DNA of 64,000 nucleotides from Vicugna vicugna. Taxonomy: Eukaryota. A program made the position numbers and the translations under genes. Numbering within the stretch: the stretch's first letter is position 1; each line of letters opens with the position of its first letter. The stretch spans positions 434,001-498,000 of the forward strand of contig MU057700.1 in NCBI GenBank assembly GCA_013265495.1, read 5' to 3'. This document shows, piece by piece, positions 48,445-61,500 of this stretch. The notes under the pieces were generated by a model, which worked only from the letters and a program-made list of their open reading frames with translations, had not been told where the DNA came from and ran no database searches.

Positions 48445-48625
48445 TGGTGGTCAGGGTTTACTGAGCACCTAATACATTCCCAGGATGATGAGAAGGATTT
48501 TTTTGAGCATGACCCCATTTAACAAAGAATAGGATTCTTCCCATTTTCCAGATGGGGACAATTGAGGCTTTCAGAGGCCAGAGAAACTGCCTGAGGTCAC
48601 ACAGAGTACAGAGTCACAGAATTGC
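48445..48625 (-). mobile_element. MIR SINE
   Basis: TTTACTGAGCACCT...CCCATTTTCCAGATGGGGACAATTGAGGCTTTCAGAGG...CCTGAGGTCACACAG. Confidence 0.75.
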
Positions 48626-49039
48626 TGGATCAACTGCTTTCCTTGGGAGTGGAGGCTTCTTCCGTGAGCCAGCAGCTTCCCATGTCTCCTGCTAAGTCTG
48701 GGTTACTGCTGAGCACTCAGACCTCGTCCCTCATTCTGGAGATGTCCCTGGGAGCAGGGTCGACCAGGACAAGCCAGCTGGCCTGGGTGGGCACACCCAT
48801 GGCAGAGACAACGGTGGTCTGATCCAGAGGGAGTCCTCTCAGGGAAGCCCCCTCACAGATCCAGCAGGAGGCGGGGTTATTCCTCATGCTCTGAAAAAAT
48901 CTACAAACAAATACAGCACAGTCCATCTACCAGCCACCAGAGGGGAGATTAGGAGCCACAGCTGCCCCATTGGGGAACACGCGGAGAAGGTGGCGGCTAC
49001 AGGAACTGGTGGGCAGACCTCAAAGCTCAGCCTGGGCCA

Positions 49040-49086
49040 GTGTGTGTGTGTTTGTGTGTGTGCGTGCGCACACCTGTGTGTGTGTG
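49040..49086. repeat. Interrupted (TG)n microsatellite
   Basis: Direct reading. Confidence 0.85.
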
Positions 49087-49229
49087 GGGGCTTGGGTGCA
49101 CATGAGCACATGCATGGGAAGCTTGGGCATGAAACAGGGAAAAAGGCCTGTCAGGACGGCAGGGCTGTGACTGCTCTTCTTTCTCTGAAAATGTCCTTAA
49201 TGAAGAGACATGATAAGTAAATGAAATGA

Positions 49230-49492
49230 ATGGTCTGGAGTAGGGTCCTGTATTAGGAAAAAAACAGTGCTTTAAAGAACAATGGATGAAATTTGAATTT
49301 GGACTGAATATTAGAAAGCAGTGTGGCATCACTGACAAATTTCCTGGCTTTGATCATTGTGCTGCATTCTCGCAAGACAATGTCCTTGTTTTGTAACAAT
49401 TGTTGAATCCGGGTAGAGGGTATATGTGCATTTGTACTTTTCTTGCAACTTTTCTCTAAGTTTGAGGTTATTTTTTTTTAAAGTTAAAAAAA
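49230..49492 (+). mobile_element. Old L1M 3' end
   Basis: TTGTTGAATCCGGGTAGAGGGTATATG...CTTTTCTTGCAACTTTTCTCTAAGTTTGA followed by an A-rich tail. Confidence 0.65.
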
Positions 49493-50356
49493 GAGCAAAG
49501 TGCCCTTTATAGTCATCATAATGCCATAATTTTCACTTTATTTTTATTTGATTAGAAAGGAAGAGAAAGAAGCTGTGATCTGGGTGTTGACAGCTGAAAG
49601 CTTGAGGACTCCCCCTGGGAGGCGGGGACGGGGCTGTGCCCTGCGACCCCGGTGACCTACTGGCCTTCCCAGGATATGGGAGGCTTGCTCAGGGAGGTTT
49701 GAGGCTCTGAAGTGTAAAGTGGAAGGTGGAGCAGGTCAGTTCTAAGTCAGGGAGGCCTCTTTCTGGGCACAGGCTGCTCCAACCCAACCCAGCAGCCCAG
49801 GGCAGTGGTGGAGGCCTGGGTGAGCTGGGTGCGGGGCCGGGGGTCCGCCCAGCTTTTCTCATTCTCAGACTCTTGTGGGTCTGAATCCTGAGGGCCCGGG
49901 GCCGAAAGGGCAGCAATTGTGTGTCCTGGGTCTGCTCCTGGCAACCAGGCTTGTGCATCAGCAAGATGGGTCAACACTGTGGAACCTGCTCACCTCACAG
50001 AGCCTGAGGTTAGAAGCTGTCCAGGTGGGAATAAGGGTGGGAGGCCCTGGGGGCAGAAACGGTTACGTCATCTGTACCTCTGGGCCCCAGACGTGCCCAT
50101 CCCACCCTAGGTACTCAGCAAATAGTGATTCAGTGCTGGTGCTAGACTCCGGACTGGGGCCAGTGGCCAACAGGACAGACACAGCCCTGCCCCTGGGAGC
50201 TCGTGCTCTGGTGGGAGAGCCAGACCCATAAACAGAACAGCCTGGGAAGCAGAAGGGGTCCCTGAGAGAAGAGGCCCAGGGGCACAGGAGGGCCCCTGCC
50301 CTGTAAGCTCCCAGTGATGTGGCCATGGAATCAACCAAGGCAGAGAGTGAGGGACA

Positions 50357-51215
50357 AGGAGGCATGGCCTCATGGGCAGGCGACCACATGGGCTCAGCTT
50401 TGGCTGTCTTGAAACTCTTAACAATTTTATCTTTGAACTTGAGCTCTCTAATGAAGTTCTGGAACAAGGGAGCACGCGTGATCAGGGGAGACGTGTGAAT
50501 ATGAGTGCAGACCCATGCGCACATACCATCGTGGAATCTCACAAGCACAGGGTGCTAGTGGACTGTGTGGGGGGCTGGCTAATCTGTGAGGACAAGGAGA
50601 GCTTGTCACTTGGATGACTGAGTAAGGGTGGCGGTGAGGTAGCCCCAAGGGGCCGTGCTTTCTGTAGAATCCGAAAGTGCTGAGCATCGGCGGTCTGAGA
50701 AACCTGAACAAGGACAAACATCATGTCCTTTCTCTCTGGTGTCACTTCCCTGGATCAGCCAACCACTTCAATGAAAACGATGATATAGGAGACAGACTGC
50801 CTTCCTTCCTCGCCAGTAAGCTGAGGTTGAGGGTGTTGGTCGAATGTGCCCTGATGTCAAGAAATGAGATTAAAACGGTTGAATTAGTTGTGTGAAGCAT
50901 TTGCACTGTTCTGATGAGAAAAAAATACACATGCATGTACAAGTTATAGAAATTTTGATACTTCTGCATATGAGCTAAATGCTCTTACATTTGCATTTAA
51001 AACTGACATTGAACAATAGAAAGGTGAATGGTAAAATTCATGCTACTAATTAAAATTAAAAATTTTCTTAGAATGACATTAAATAGTAAATTAAAACACA
51101 GCAAGTTCAAAAAGGAAAGGAAGAAGCTTCACATATCAGTACCTTTAACTGCACATCTTCTTTGGCTTTGGAATGTGGGGCCCATGTCTTGGGTGCACAT
51201 TGTACCAGAGACACG
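50357..51215 (+). mobile_element. MER45B-like hAT-Tip100 DNA transposon
   Basis: CATGGGCAGGCGACC, GTCTTGAAACTCTTAACAATTTTATCTTTGAACTTG, GACTGAGTAAG and near the end TCAGTACCTTTAACTGCAC...GGGGCCC. Confidence 0.75.
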
Positions 51216-51986
51216 GCACATGCAAAGGGCAGGTGGGAGGATGCGGGGGAGAAGGGGGTGGTCAGAGAGGAGGCTGTGAGAAGGGGCCAGCGTGGTCTCC
51301 GGGGGATGGTGTCTGTACATCAGGTGTGATCACGGTGGGGAGGACAGACAGGATGGAAGTGAAGCCCTTAAGTGTACTATTCAGTGCCCTCTTAGGGACA
51401 GCCTGGGAGTCAGGGCACAGGGCAGAAAGGGAGCAGCTCCCTTGCCTGGTGTCAACCAGAACAGCTTTTAGGCATCGGGCCTCCATATGACATTTCATTT
51501 GATCATGGCTCTGAGGCTTAGAAGTGTCTGGAGACCTGTGGGGAAGGCAATCCCTGGACTGAGCTCAGGACTGGCCTTCAACTTTGCCAGCCTTGCACCC
51601 AGAGCTGTCGGGAGGCACAAGACACCTGCTCCCTTCGAAGGCTGGCGGGAGCTGTGGTTATGGGACGCATTTGATTTCAACACCATTGGCTGTTGGTCAC
51701 CACCTCTCCCAACCCCCAGCCTGGAGGCAATCTTGGCCCTGAGTGGGGTCTGCCTATGTGGAAGGAAGGTCCAGTGTCTCTCCTTTCACTCATCAGCCCT
51801 TCTCTGCATCCTCGGTTGGAAGATGATGGCCTGTCTGGTGTCTGGGGAGCGCTGCCCTCCTTGAAAGTGTGGATGATTAAAGCCGAGGCTGGTGGTGATG
51901 GAAGTGGCTCCATTAGCTCCGGGGGACAGTGGCACATGGCTTTTTCCATGGTGCACTTGCTCCAGGTCCTCCTCAGGGGTCTCTTT

Positions 51987-52026
51987 CACACATGCGCGCG
52001 CGCGCGCGCGCACACACACACACGCA
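51987..52026. repeat. (CG)8(CA)6 alternating purine-pyrimidine microsatellite
   Basis: CACACATG-(CG)8-(CA)6-CGCA read directly. Confidence 0.95.
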
Positions 52027-53640
52027 ATGCCCCAGGACCTTCTGTGATACTAACAGCCGCTCTGTGAGGTCAGCCCGGTGGGGCTGCACAAGGTTGTTAG
52101 GGAAGTGGAAATACAGAGAACTCAGGTTTCCTGCACAGCCGTGCTGGACCGGGCTCTCTAAATGCGTTATCTCACTTATTTAATCCTCACATGTGTTCTT
52201 GTCACTATCATCAGAGCAACTGCTGTTTCCAGAAGGCCGACTCTGTGTCAGGGATTTTCAATGTTTCAACTCAGATCTTCATGTGAATTTAACTGACCAA
52301 GGGGTGGTAGAGATGCCTTTCCATTTATTTAGATCCTCTTCCGTGTCTTTCTGAAATGCTCTGTAGTTTTTAGCGAACAGATCTTGCACATCTTTTATTA
52401 AATTTTTTCTCAGTATTTTATTCTTTTTGTGTCTATTAAATGGATTTCATCTTCACCTTATTTTCAAATTGTTCATTGCAAGTATATAGAATTACAATGG
52501 ATTTTTGTCTATTGATTTTCTATCCTGAACACTTGCTGAACTCAGGTATTAGTTTTAATAGTTTTCTTCAGAATTTCTTAGAATTTTTTATGCACGGGAT
52601 TATGTTATGTTACCTGCGAACAGAGATGATTTTACTTCTGCCTTTTCAATCTATGTCTTTCTTTTTTTTTTCTCCTTCTCTATTTGCCCTGGCTCAAACC
52701 TCCAGTACAATGGTGAATAGAAGTGGTGAAAGCAGGCATCCTTGTCTTGTTTCTTATCTTGGTGGGAAACACTCAGTCTTTTATCATTAAGTATGATTTC
52801 GTGGGCTTTTCATGGATGCCCTTCAGAAGATTAAGGAAGCTCCCTTCTATTCTTGTTTGTTGATTGTTTTGCACATGAAAATATGTTGTATTTTGTCTAA
52901 TGCTTATTCTACATCTCTTGATGTAATCATGCAGATATTTTTCCCTTCATTCTATTTAATATGGTATTTTATTTACATTTACTCATTTTTGGATGTTATA
53001 CCAACCTTGCATTCCTGGATAAATCTTACTTACCTACGTACATAATCCTTTTAAAATATATTACTAGATTTGATTTGCTAGTATGTTTGTGTCTATATTT
53101 ATAAACAATGTTGGTCTGTAATAGTCTCTTATTGTGGTATCTTTGCTGAATTTTGGAATCAAGGTTATTACTGGCCTCATGGAATGAGTTGGGAATGAGT
53201 GATCCCTTCTATTTTCTGAAGGAGTATGTGAGGATTGGAGTAATTCGTCTTTAAATGTCTGATAGAATTAACCAGTGAAGCTCTCTGGGCCTTGGCTTTT
53301 CTTTGTGAGTAATAATTTGATTACTGATTTAACTTCTGTACTTACTATAAGTCCATTCAGATGTTCTATTTATTCTTGAGTCCATTGCAGTAGTCTGTAA
53401 AACAGATACTCTATCTAGGTACCCAAATTTGTTGGCACACAATTATATATGTTATTCCTTTATAATTCTTTTTGTTTCTGTAAGGTTGGTAGTAATGTTC
53501 CCTATTTCATTTCTGATTTTGGTAAATTTGAGTCTTTTCTCTCTCTAATCAGTCTACCTAAAGTTTGCCAATTCTGTTTATCTTCTTAATGAAATGAACT
53601 TTTGTTTCTTTATTATCTTTATTCTATTCTTCATTTCATT

Positions 53641-55218
53641 TCTTTTTTTCAAAAAAAATTTTAAATTGAAGTATAGTCAGTTACAATGTGTCAATTGCTG
53701 GTGTACAACATAATGTCCCAGTCATACATTCATTTTTATATTATTTTTCATTAAAGGTTATTACAAGATATTGAATATAGTTCCCTGTGCTATACAGAAG
53801 AAATTTGTTTTTTATCTATTTTTATATATAGAGGTTAACATTTACAAATCTCAAACTCCCAAATTTATCCCTTCCCACCCCCTTTCCCTGACCCACCCCC
53901 TTGGCAACCATAAGATTGTTTACTATGTCTGCAAGTCTGTTTCTTTTGTAGATGAATTTATTAGTGTCTTCTTTTTTTTCTTTAAGATTCCACATATAAG
54001 TGATATCATATGATATTTTTCTTCCTCTTTCTGGCTTACTTCACTTCAAATGACGATCTCCAGGTCTATCCATGTTGCTGCAAATGGCATTATTTTATTC
54101 TTTTTTATGGCTGAGTAACATTCCATTGTATAATTATACCACAGCTTCTTTATCCAGTCATCTGTCAACATTTAGATTGCTTCCATGTCTTGGCTGTTGT
54201 ATAGTATTGCTATGAACATTGGGATGCATGTATCTTTTTGAATTTGAGCTCCCTCTGGATATATGCCCAGGAGTGGGATTGCTGGATCATATGGTAAATC
54301 TATTTTTAGTTTTTTGAGGAATCTCCATACTGTTTTCCATAATGGCTGCACCAAGCTATATTCTCATCAACAGGGTAGGAGGATTCCCTTTTCTCCACAC
54401 CCTCTCCAGCATTTATCGTTTGTGGACTTTTGAATGATGGCCATTCTGACTGGTGAGAGGTGATACCTCACTGTAGTTTTGATTTGTATTTCTCTGATAA
54501 TTAGCAATATTGAGCATTTTTTCATATGCCTATTGGCCATTTCTATATCTTCATTGGATAATTGCTTGTTTAGGTCTTCTGCCCGTTTTTGGATTGGGTT
54601 TTTTGTTTTTTGTTATTAAGTTGTATAAGCTGTTTATATATTCTGAAAATTAAGCCTGTGTCAGTCACATTATTTGCAAATATTATCTCCCATTCCTTAG
54701 GTTGTCATTTTGCTTTGCTTATGGTTTCCCTTGCTGTGCAAAAGCTTGTAAGTTTAATTAAGCCCCATTTGTTAATTTTTGCTTTTATTTCTACTGCCTG
54801 GGTAGACTGCCCTAGAAGAACATTGCTAAGATTTATGTCAGAGAATGTTTTGCTTTTGTTTTCTTTTAGGAGGTTTATAGTGTCTTGTCTGAAATAATAT
54901 TTATGTCTTTAAGCCATTTTGAATTTATTTTGTGTATGATGTGAGGGAGTGTTCCAACTTCATTAATTTACATGCTGCTGTCCAGTTTTCCCAGCACCAC
55001 TTGCTGAAGAGACTGTCTTTTCTCCATTGTATATTCTTGGCTCTTTTGTTGAAGATTAGTTGACTGTAGGTCTGTGGGTTTATTTCTGGGCTCTCTATAC
55101 TGTTCCATGGATCCATATGTCTGTTCTTGTGCCAATACCATGCTGTTTTGATTACTGTAGCTCTGTAGTATTGTCTGAAGTCTGGGAGGGTTATTTCTCC
55201 AGCTTCATTCTTTTTCTT
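53641..55218 (-). mobile_element. Young camelid-type L1, ~1.6 kb 3' portion, nested in the older L1M
   Basis: Peptides [29 protein letters not shown] and [19 protein letters not shown]...WCWENW; 3' UTR resembles the copy at 22035-22478. Confidence 0.93.
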
Positions 55219-55916
55219 CCATTTGTTTCTTCTCTAATATTTATTTCATTTCTTCTGCTTGTTTTGGGTTTTTTAATGGTAGGTTTATGTTTAACTTTTT
55301 AAAAATTAAAATATACTTAGTTTACAATATTGTGTTCATTTCTGTTGTTTGCTTTGGGTTGTTTACTTTTTTCTAGTGTCTTAAGGTAGAAGCTCAGGTT
55401 ATCACTTTGAGATCTTTATTCTTTTATAATATAGGCATTTATAGCTATAAAATTTCCTCTTAATCTTACATTAGCTGCATCCCATACTTTGGTATGTTGT
55501 GTTTAATTTTCATCCAGCATGAATTATTTTCTAATTTCCCCTTTGATTTCTTCTTTTATCCATTGGTTATTTAGGAGTGTTTTGTTTAATTTTCACATAG
55601 TTTGAATTTTCCAGTTTTCCTCCTATTACTTATTTCTAGTTTCATTTCATTGTGAACAGAGAAGATAATGTGTATTATTTCAGTCTTTTAAATTTTATTG
55701 AGATTTGTTTTGTGGCCTAATAGATGGTCTATCCTGGAGGATGTTTGATGCACACTTGAGAAAAATGTGTATTTTGCTGTTGTTGGGTGGAGTTTTCTAT
55801 AGGTGTCTGATGGGTTTATAGTGTTGTTCATGTCTTCTGTTTCATTGTTGATCTGCTGACTAGTTGCTCTAGTCATTGTTGAAGGTTGGATGTTGAAATA
55901 TCCCACCATTATTGTT

Positions 55917-55986
55917 TTTGTAATTTAAACTTTTTTTTAACAGTAAAACCTTGTTGTTTATCTGTTTTATATGCAGTAGTTAGTAT
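55917..55986 (-). mobile_element. 70-bp L1 3' UTR-derived micro-insertion with 16-bp TSD
   Basis: TCCCACCATTATTGTT at 55901-55916 and 55987-56002. Confidence 0.8.
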
Positions 55987-56644
55987 TCCCACCATTATTG
56001 TTGAATTGTCTCTTTCTCCCTCATTTCTGGCCCCTTTTGTTTTATAATTTTTATTGCTCTACTAGTAGGTGTATGCATATTTATAATGGTGGTGTCTTTC
56101 TGATGGGTAGACTCTTTTGTCATTATAAAATGTTTTTTTTTTTGGTCTCTAGTTTGCCTTAAGGTATACCTTGCATACTGATAGAGGCAATCTAGCCCTT
56201 TTATGTTTACTGTATGCATGGAACATCTTTTTCCATCCTTTTATTTTTTTAAACTTATTTGTATCTTCAACTGTAAAGTGTCTCTTGTAAACAGCACATG
56301 CTAAATCCTTTTTAAAAATTTTATTCCACCTATCTCTGACTTTTGACTGGCATATTTAGTACATTTACATTCCTGATAAGTTTGGATTTACATCTGTCAT
56401 TTTGTTATTAGTTTTCTATATGTATTATCTTTTTTTATTCCTCTGTTCCTCCATTACAGCCTTCTTTTCTATTATATTTTCCAGTATACTGTTTTGGTGT
56501 CCTTGCTGTTTCTGTTACTGTATTTTTATTTTCTTAATGGGCCTCTGCAGATTACAATTAACATATCAATGATCAGCTAATGGCTGGGAAGAGATTTCCT
56601 TAAATGCTTTGAACCAATAAGTCCTCTAAACTTTGCTGAGGAAC

Positions 56645-56705
56645 TGTGTGTGTGTGTGTGTGTGTGTGTGTCTGAGAGAGAGAAAGAAAAAGAAAGAGAG
56701 AGAGC
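56645..56705. repeat. (TG)13 followed by GA-rich microsatellite
   Basis: Direct reading. Confidence 0.95.
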
Positions 56706-57472
56706 AAGCACACCTTCAATGCTCAGGCATGCTGTTTACAAGTCTGCCTTAACTGTCGCTTTCTGCTTGCAGAGAGCTTAAATTTAATCCAGGAGCGAGA
56801 GATTAGATCCTTATCAGGGTTTTTCCCTAAACTTGTGCATAGCCTTGCACTTGCATATGATCTTTTAGACTCCTAGGAGTAAGTCAGAGCTTTTTTAAGG
56901 CCCCTTATAGACTATCACATTCCCTGGGTTTTCTTTTTAAACTTTTTATTCAGCCTCTTTTTGGCCCCAACTACTATTGCTACCTCAGACAGCTGCAGTG
57001 TAGAACAACTGCTGCTCATTGATGTCAACCAATGCCTTAGGCATAGAGCTGTTCATATACAGTTAGCTCAGATTAAAAAAAAATCATTTACAAAGTTGGA
57101 AGATCTTAGGATGGAGTGCAGAACATGACAAAAGAATTTAACTGTGCTACAAATGTGACATTATTTCACTGAAGAGAGTGGGTAGAAAACTTTATAATTG
57201 AGTGGAGTTTGTAAGACTAAAGACAAAAAGAACTGTACATAAGCACTGTATTCTCGTTGATATGGTTGTTCCCCATAGAAGTATGGATTAACAATTCTGA
57301 AACCATTCTACGTATATAGAAAAATTGGACAATTAAACAAATGGATAGATGGTGGTAGGAGCCAAGTTTCTCACTGCTGGAGTGGGAGGTCACAAATGAA
57401 CAAGGAAGAGAAGTTAGAATGATCTATAACCTAGCCAAGCTGACACGGAAGATTGACCATTACATGTAGTAT

Positions 57473-57933
57473 TGAGGTGGGAAGCACCATAAAAAGACAG
57501 GCAGGACCCCCAGGCAGGGCCACTACTCTCCTGCCAGCACCATCCGGTTTCCTGGCCCATAGGCTCTATCTCACTTTTTGCCTCTGAAATGGCTTACTTA
57601 CCCTTAAAATTCTATTGGTTCCCTGAGCTCACTTCTGATTGGTTATTTCTCTCCCTCCTGATTGGTCCATTTCTACAAAGCTTGTTCCTAATTAGTCAAC
57701 TTTCATTATACCTTATTTGCATATGATGTTGCAAAGTGTAAATTGGCAGCCTATAGAAGCTGGTGTAACCTACAGCTGGTGTCCAGAGTTTGGAGTGTTA
57801 ACTCCTGTGGGGTCGGTGGTGTAATAAACATGAGTTCTCCAACTCTGCGAGTGCTGCTTGGTCTCTCGCCTGGATCCAGGTTGCTGTCACAACTGAGCTG
57901 TAACACTGAGCTGTAACACATTTTCCCGCAACA
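57473..57933 (+). mobile_element. Intact 461-bp ERV1/gammaretrovirus-type solo LTR with 4-bp TSD
   Basis: TGAGGTGGGAA...TTCCCGCAACA imperfect inverted termini; TSD GTAT at 57469-57472 and 57934-57937; ATTGG boxes; AATAAA at 57823-57828. Confidence 0.9.
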
Positions 57934-58473
57934 GTATGGGCACTTATTCCTTTGCTTTGTCAGCTAAGAGGGCCTAGAAGCAACAACATCCCAGTGGGAA
58001 TGAACTTACTCAGCTTTCAGATCTTGGTTTCTAAAACCATTCTTCAATAAAAGGAACCAGAGCACCCTGGAGAATGACTGAAATTGTCTGGGGTGGAAAA
58101 TAACAAGATGAGCCTGGAGCATCTTGTAGTGCCCCAAGGTAAGAAGTGGTTAAAAAAAAAACCTACATGATGGGACTATGTAAAGGAGACCCAGAAGTTA
58201 ACTGAAACAGCTCTCAATGGCCAAAGCTGGAAGAATTTGAGTGACAAAATAAAGTATTGGATTATAACCTAAAATATAAAATTAATATTGATAATCCCTT
58301 GCTGATATAAATAAATTACTGAATAAATAAGTGGGAGAATAGACAAATATCCCACACAGAAGAATCCCAAACAACTGTAGATACGTCACAGTTAAAGGTA
58401 AAATATAACTCCCAATCCTTAAGTGTGGGTTGCTCTTAGTTACTTCTTTTTGTGGAATACACTGTAATTTGTA

Positions 58474-58520
58474 AAAAAAGGAAAGAAAAAAAAGGAAGAA
58501 AGAAAGAAAGAAAGAAAAGA
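58474..58520. repeat. (GAAA)n/A-rich simple repeat
   Basis: Direct reading. Confidence 0.85.
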
Positions 58521-61500
58521 GTAACTTTACAGTAGAGAAATCTGACAAATACTAAATCAGCCAGGTGACCCAGTTCAATACTTACAGTCATAAGTCATAT
58601 TGACAGCAAAGACCCTTGATACAATTTGATGAGAAGGGCATTCTACTTCTGTGGTCTTCCTCTCCAAAACATATTACTGCATTCTAATCATGAGACAACA
58701 TCAGACATATCCCAACCGCTGAATACTCTACCAAACACCTGACCAGTACTCAAAACTATCAAGGTCATCAGAAACAAGGAAAGTCTGAAAATTGTCAGAG
58801 CCAAGTGGAACTGAAGGAGGCATGATGACTACTTGCAGTGTAGTGTCCTGGATGGGCTCCTGGAACAGGAAAAAGATATCAGGTCAAACTATGAAAATCT
58901 AAATAAGGTGTGCTGTTCAATTAATGATGGTGCATCAGTATCTGTACATTAGTTGTCAGAAATGTACCATATTGACAGAAGACATTAATAATAGAGGAAA
59001 TTGGGTGTGGGGTATATGAGAACTTTTTGTACTATCTTCACAATAACTCTGGACATCAGAAACTCTTCTAAAGTAAAAATTTTATTTTAAAAAATAGATT
59101 GAAAGTTTTGTATAGAGAGATGTGATCAATGTGCCAGCCTTTTAAGTAAAGGATCTTTCCCTAAATGCTTTTTCTCTGGGACAATTTCATTTTCCTGGAG
59201 AAAAATCCTCTGATTTCTGGCCTGGGGAGTACATGTCTGGTTGCTGGTACTTGGACTGCTGCTTTGTGGGGGAAAGGGAGTGGGGAGGTTATGTCATTGC
59301 TCAGTAGGTAAATGTTCACCCACATGGTGCCTCCCTTTCTCAGTAGGTACCAAATATTCCCAACATGAGGACCTCTCTGGCTCACTTTCCCTGGGAACAC
59401 ACCTCCCACCTCTTGCAGGGCTGGGTGGATGGGATGGGTGCCGTCTTGCGGCTTTGCTCTGGAGCTCACTCACTGCTTCTCATCCATTTCCCTCCATGGG
59501 ACTCAGGGCTGTTTCCACCAAATCATCTGCTTTCCATGTTCCCACAAGTGTTGGTATCCATTGTTCTGTTGTCTCTTCTCCTAAGTTTTGATTGATTCAT
59601 TGCTCATTTGTCTTTGTAGGTTTCAAACTTCTCTTTTGATTTATGATCGTGTTGGTAGGATTTGGGGAAAGAGTGAAAAACAAATGAAATGCTCAATTAG
59701 CCAAGTTTAACTGAAAGTTTTATTGTTCCTCCACCATGATCAAATATTCCACAGGAAATCTGGGGGATGATTTTTCCTACCCTAAGATCCTGGGGCTTAG
59801 TGCTGGCCCTGAGGCTCCTGTCAAACAAAAACTAATTAGAAAATGGGCAGATAAAATATTGGAGCTAAAAGGTCAAGGTCAGAATCCCAGACTCCCTAAA
59901 ACCCCAGAGTCCCCTGGAAACCCATGACCTTATTACCTTGAAGGAGAGATGACCATACAGGTGAGTTTCTCTGAGCATCAGCTTGTCCAGGTAGGTAGCA
60001 GGTCTCTCCTTATGGTTGGGGAATTCTGTGGCAGCTCTAATATCTTCCGGGCCCACAGGAGCCTCTCAGCAGAGCCTGAGTCACTGTCACAAAGCTGGCC
60101 AGTTCCCTGTCCCATTCCCAAGTGGGACAGCAGAGCTTGGGGGCGCTCCCATTGCCCTGCTGCACAACTCCAAGGAAGAGTCACTCAGCAAGTCCCCTGA
60201 CCCCTTGTATCCTGACGTACTCACATTTAAGGTGTAGGCGGCAACCTCAGTGGAAATACAAAAAGGAAGTCAATTTCCATGGGTTTTTCCTCACAAAAAG
60301 AAACCTAAATACTGTCACTCAGGCCATAGCAGCCTGAACATGGAATGTGAAGCTTCAAGAAAAAACTTAAGAGACTGCGTCTAGGAGTCTTTGACACTCA
60401 GGGCTCTGTCCCTCCCTGGAGCCAGGAAGATGCTGTGTGGGATTCTGCTCCCAGCTGCCCACCGGCCTTGGTGTCACTTCGCTTTCCTCAGGGTGACAAC
60501 CAGACCAGGAGAGGCTGGCCTGAGACTTGCCCCTGCCACACAGAGAGTCTGTCTGAGCTAGCGTCCCTTCCCTCCTGGGGCCAGGCTGAATGTCCCTCTG
60601 AAAGGCCTTTCCCTCCTCGCAATCTCATACCGTGAAAAATGCAGACGACCACGTGGTCTTCTCACCTCCTTGCAGCTGGACTGCACCACTGTCTCCTCCT
60701 GTCGTCACGGAAGTGGGTATGATCTGCAGGGCTCTCCACTGGCTCTGCGGCCTGCCCTGGGGAGCCCTGCTGGGGAGAGCAGCGGGGTGGGGGCAGGCAG
60801 CCAGGGAAGGGTGCAGGCACTCACAGACCCCGGCAGTACCCAGGGCGTTCCCTCCTGCTCACAGCTCGACTCAGTCCCTGGAGTCCAGTGGAGCCTCTGG
60901 CCGACCTGAGTTGGGTCCATTTAGCTGGGGATGGGCGGGGGAGCAGTGGGGGTAGCCCTGCCCCAGCCCCGTCCTGCGGTGAGTGGTCATCCTCCACCCA
61001 AGGTTTAGCTCCTGCTTGGGGGAGGCCTCTCTCCATGTATCTGCCCCCACCCCCCCCTCCTGGGACTGACCTCAGCATCCCCTCTGCTGCATGCCCTCTC
61101 CTGCCAGGGCCCCCGCAGCCATTCCCCAAGTGCACTCCTCACTGCATTCCAGCACTGACATCATCTCTATGTCAGTTGCCTCTGCCAGGTGCTGCCCACA
61201 CAGGGGAAGGAGCTCCCTGGGCAGAGCCCAGAGCAGCAGCCCTGGGCGGCCTCACAGGGAAGCAGATGAGGCCGTCCGAGAAGGTCACCACCAAATGCCA
61301 GGGGCCCAGTGCCTCTGCCAGCCTCTCCCCATGCAGGGCCCAGGCTCAGGCCGGCAGCAGTGAGGTGCGTCTCAGGGCAAGTCTGATGGCCCCACTCCCA
61401 CAGGAAAACAGGCTCTGCTCCATCTTCATGTGTTTATAACAGCCCTCCCTTGTTTCTTGTCAAGCTGTGTTCTCTGTTTATCAATAAAATCAATAATACA

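Larger units (their letters stand above)
52310..57065 (-). mobile_element. Large decayed L1M (RT to endonuclease region, then 5' remnant)
   Basis: Antisense RT motifs (GAATAGAAGTGGTGAAAGCAGGCATCCTTGTCTTG); endonuclease peptide YTFFSSVHQTSSRIDHLLGHKTNLNK at 55688-55909. Confidence 0.85.
57075..59095 (+). mobile_element. L1MD/L1MC-type 3' UTR interrupted by a solo LTR
   Basis: CAGATCTTGGTTTCTAAAACCATTC, CTTTACAGTAGAGAAATCTGACAAA, TCCTGGATGGGCTCCTGGAACAGGAAAAAG and GGGTATATGAGAACTTTTTGTACTATCTTCACAA. Confidence 0.8.

Noticed and set aside
54978..54996. GTCCAGTTTTCCCAG resembles miR-145
   Set aside because: It lies inside antisense L1 ORF2, where this sequence is standard; no hairpin
54172..55909. 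Possible active L1 ORF2
   Set aside because: Fragments come from two different nested, truncated L1s with stops and frameshifts
60888..61439. 183-aa proline-rich ORF followed by AATAAA
   Set aside because: GTG start, C-run-derived prolines, no recognisable family and no poly(A) or TSD to suggest a retrogene
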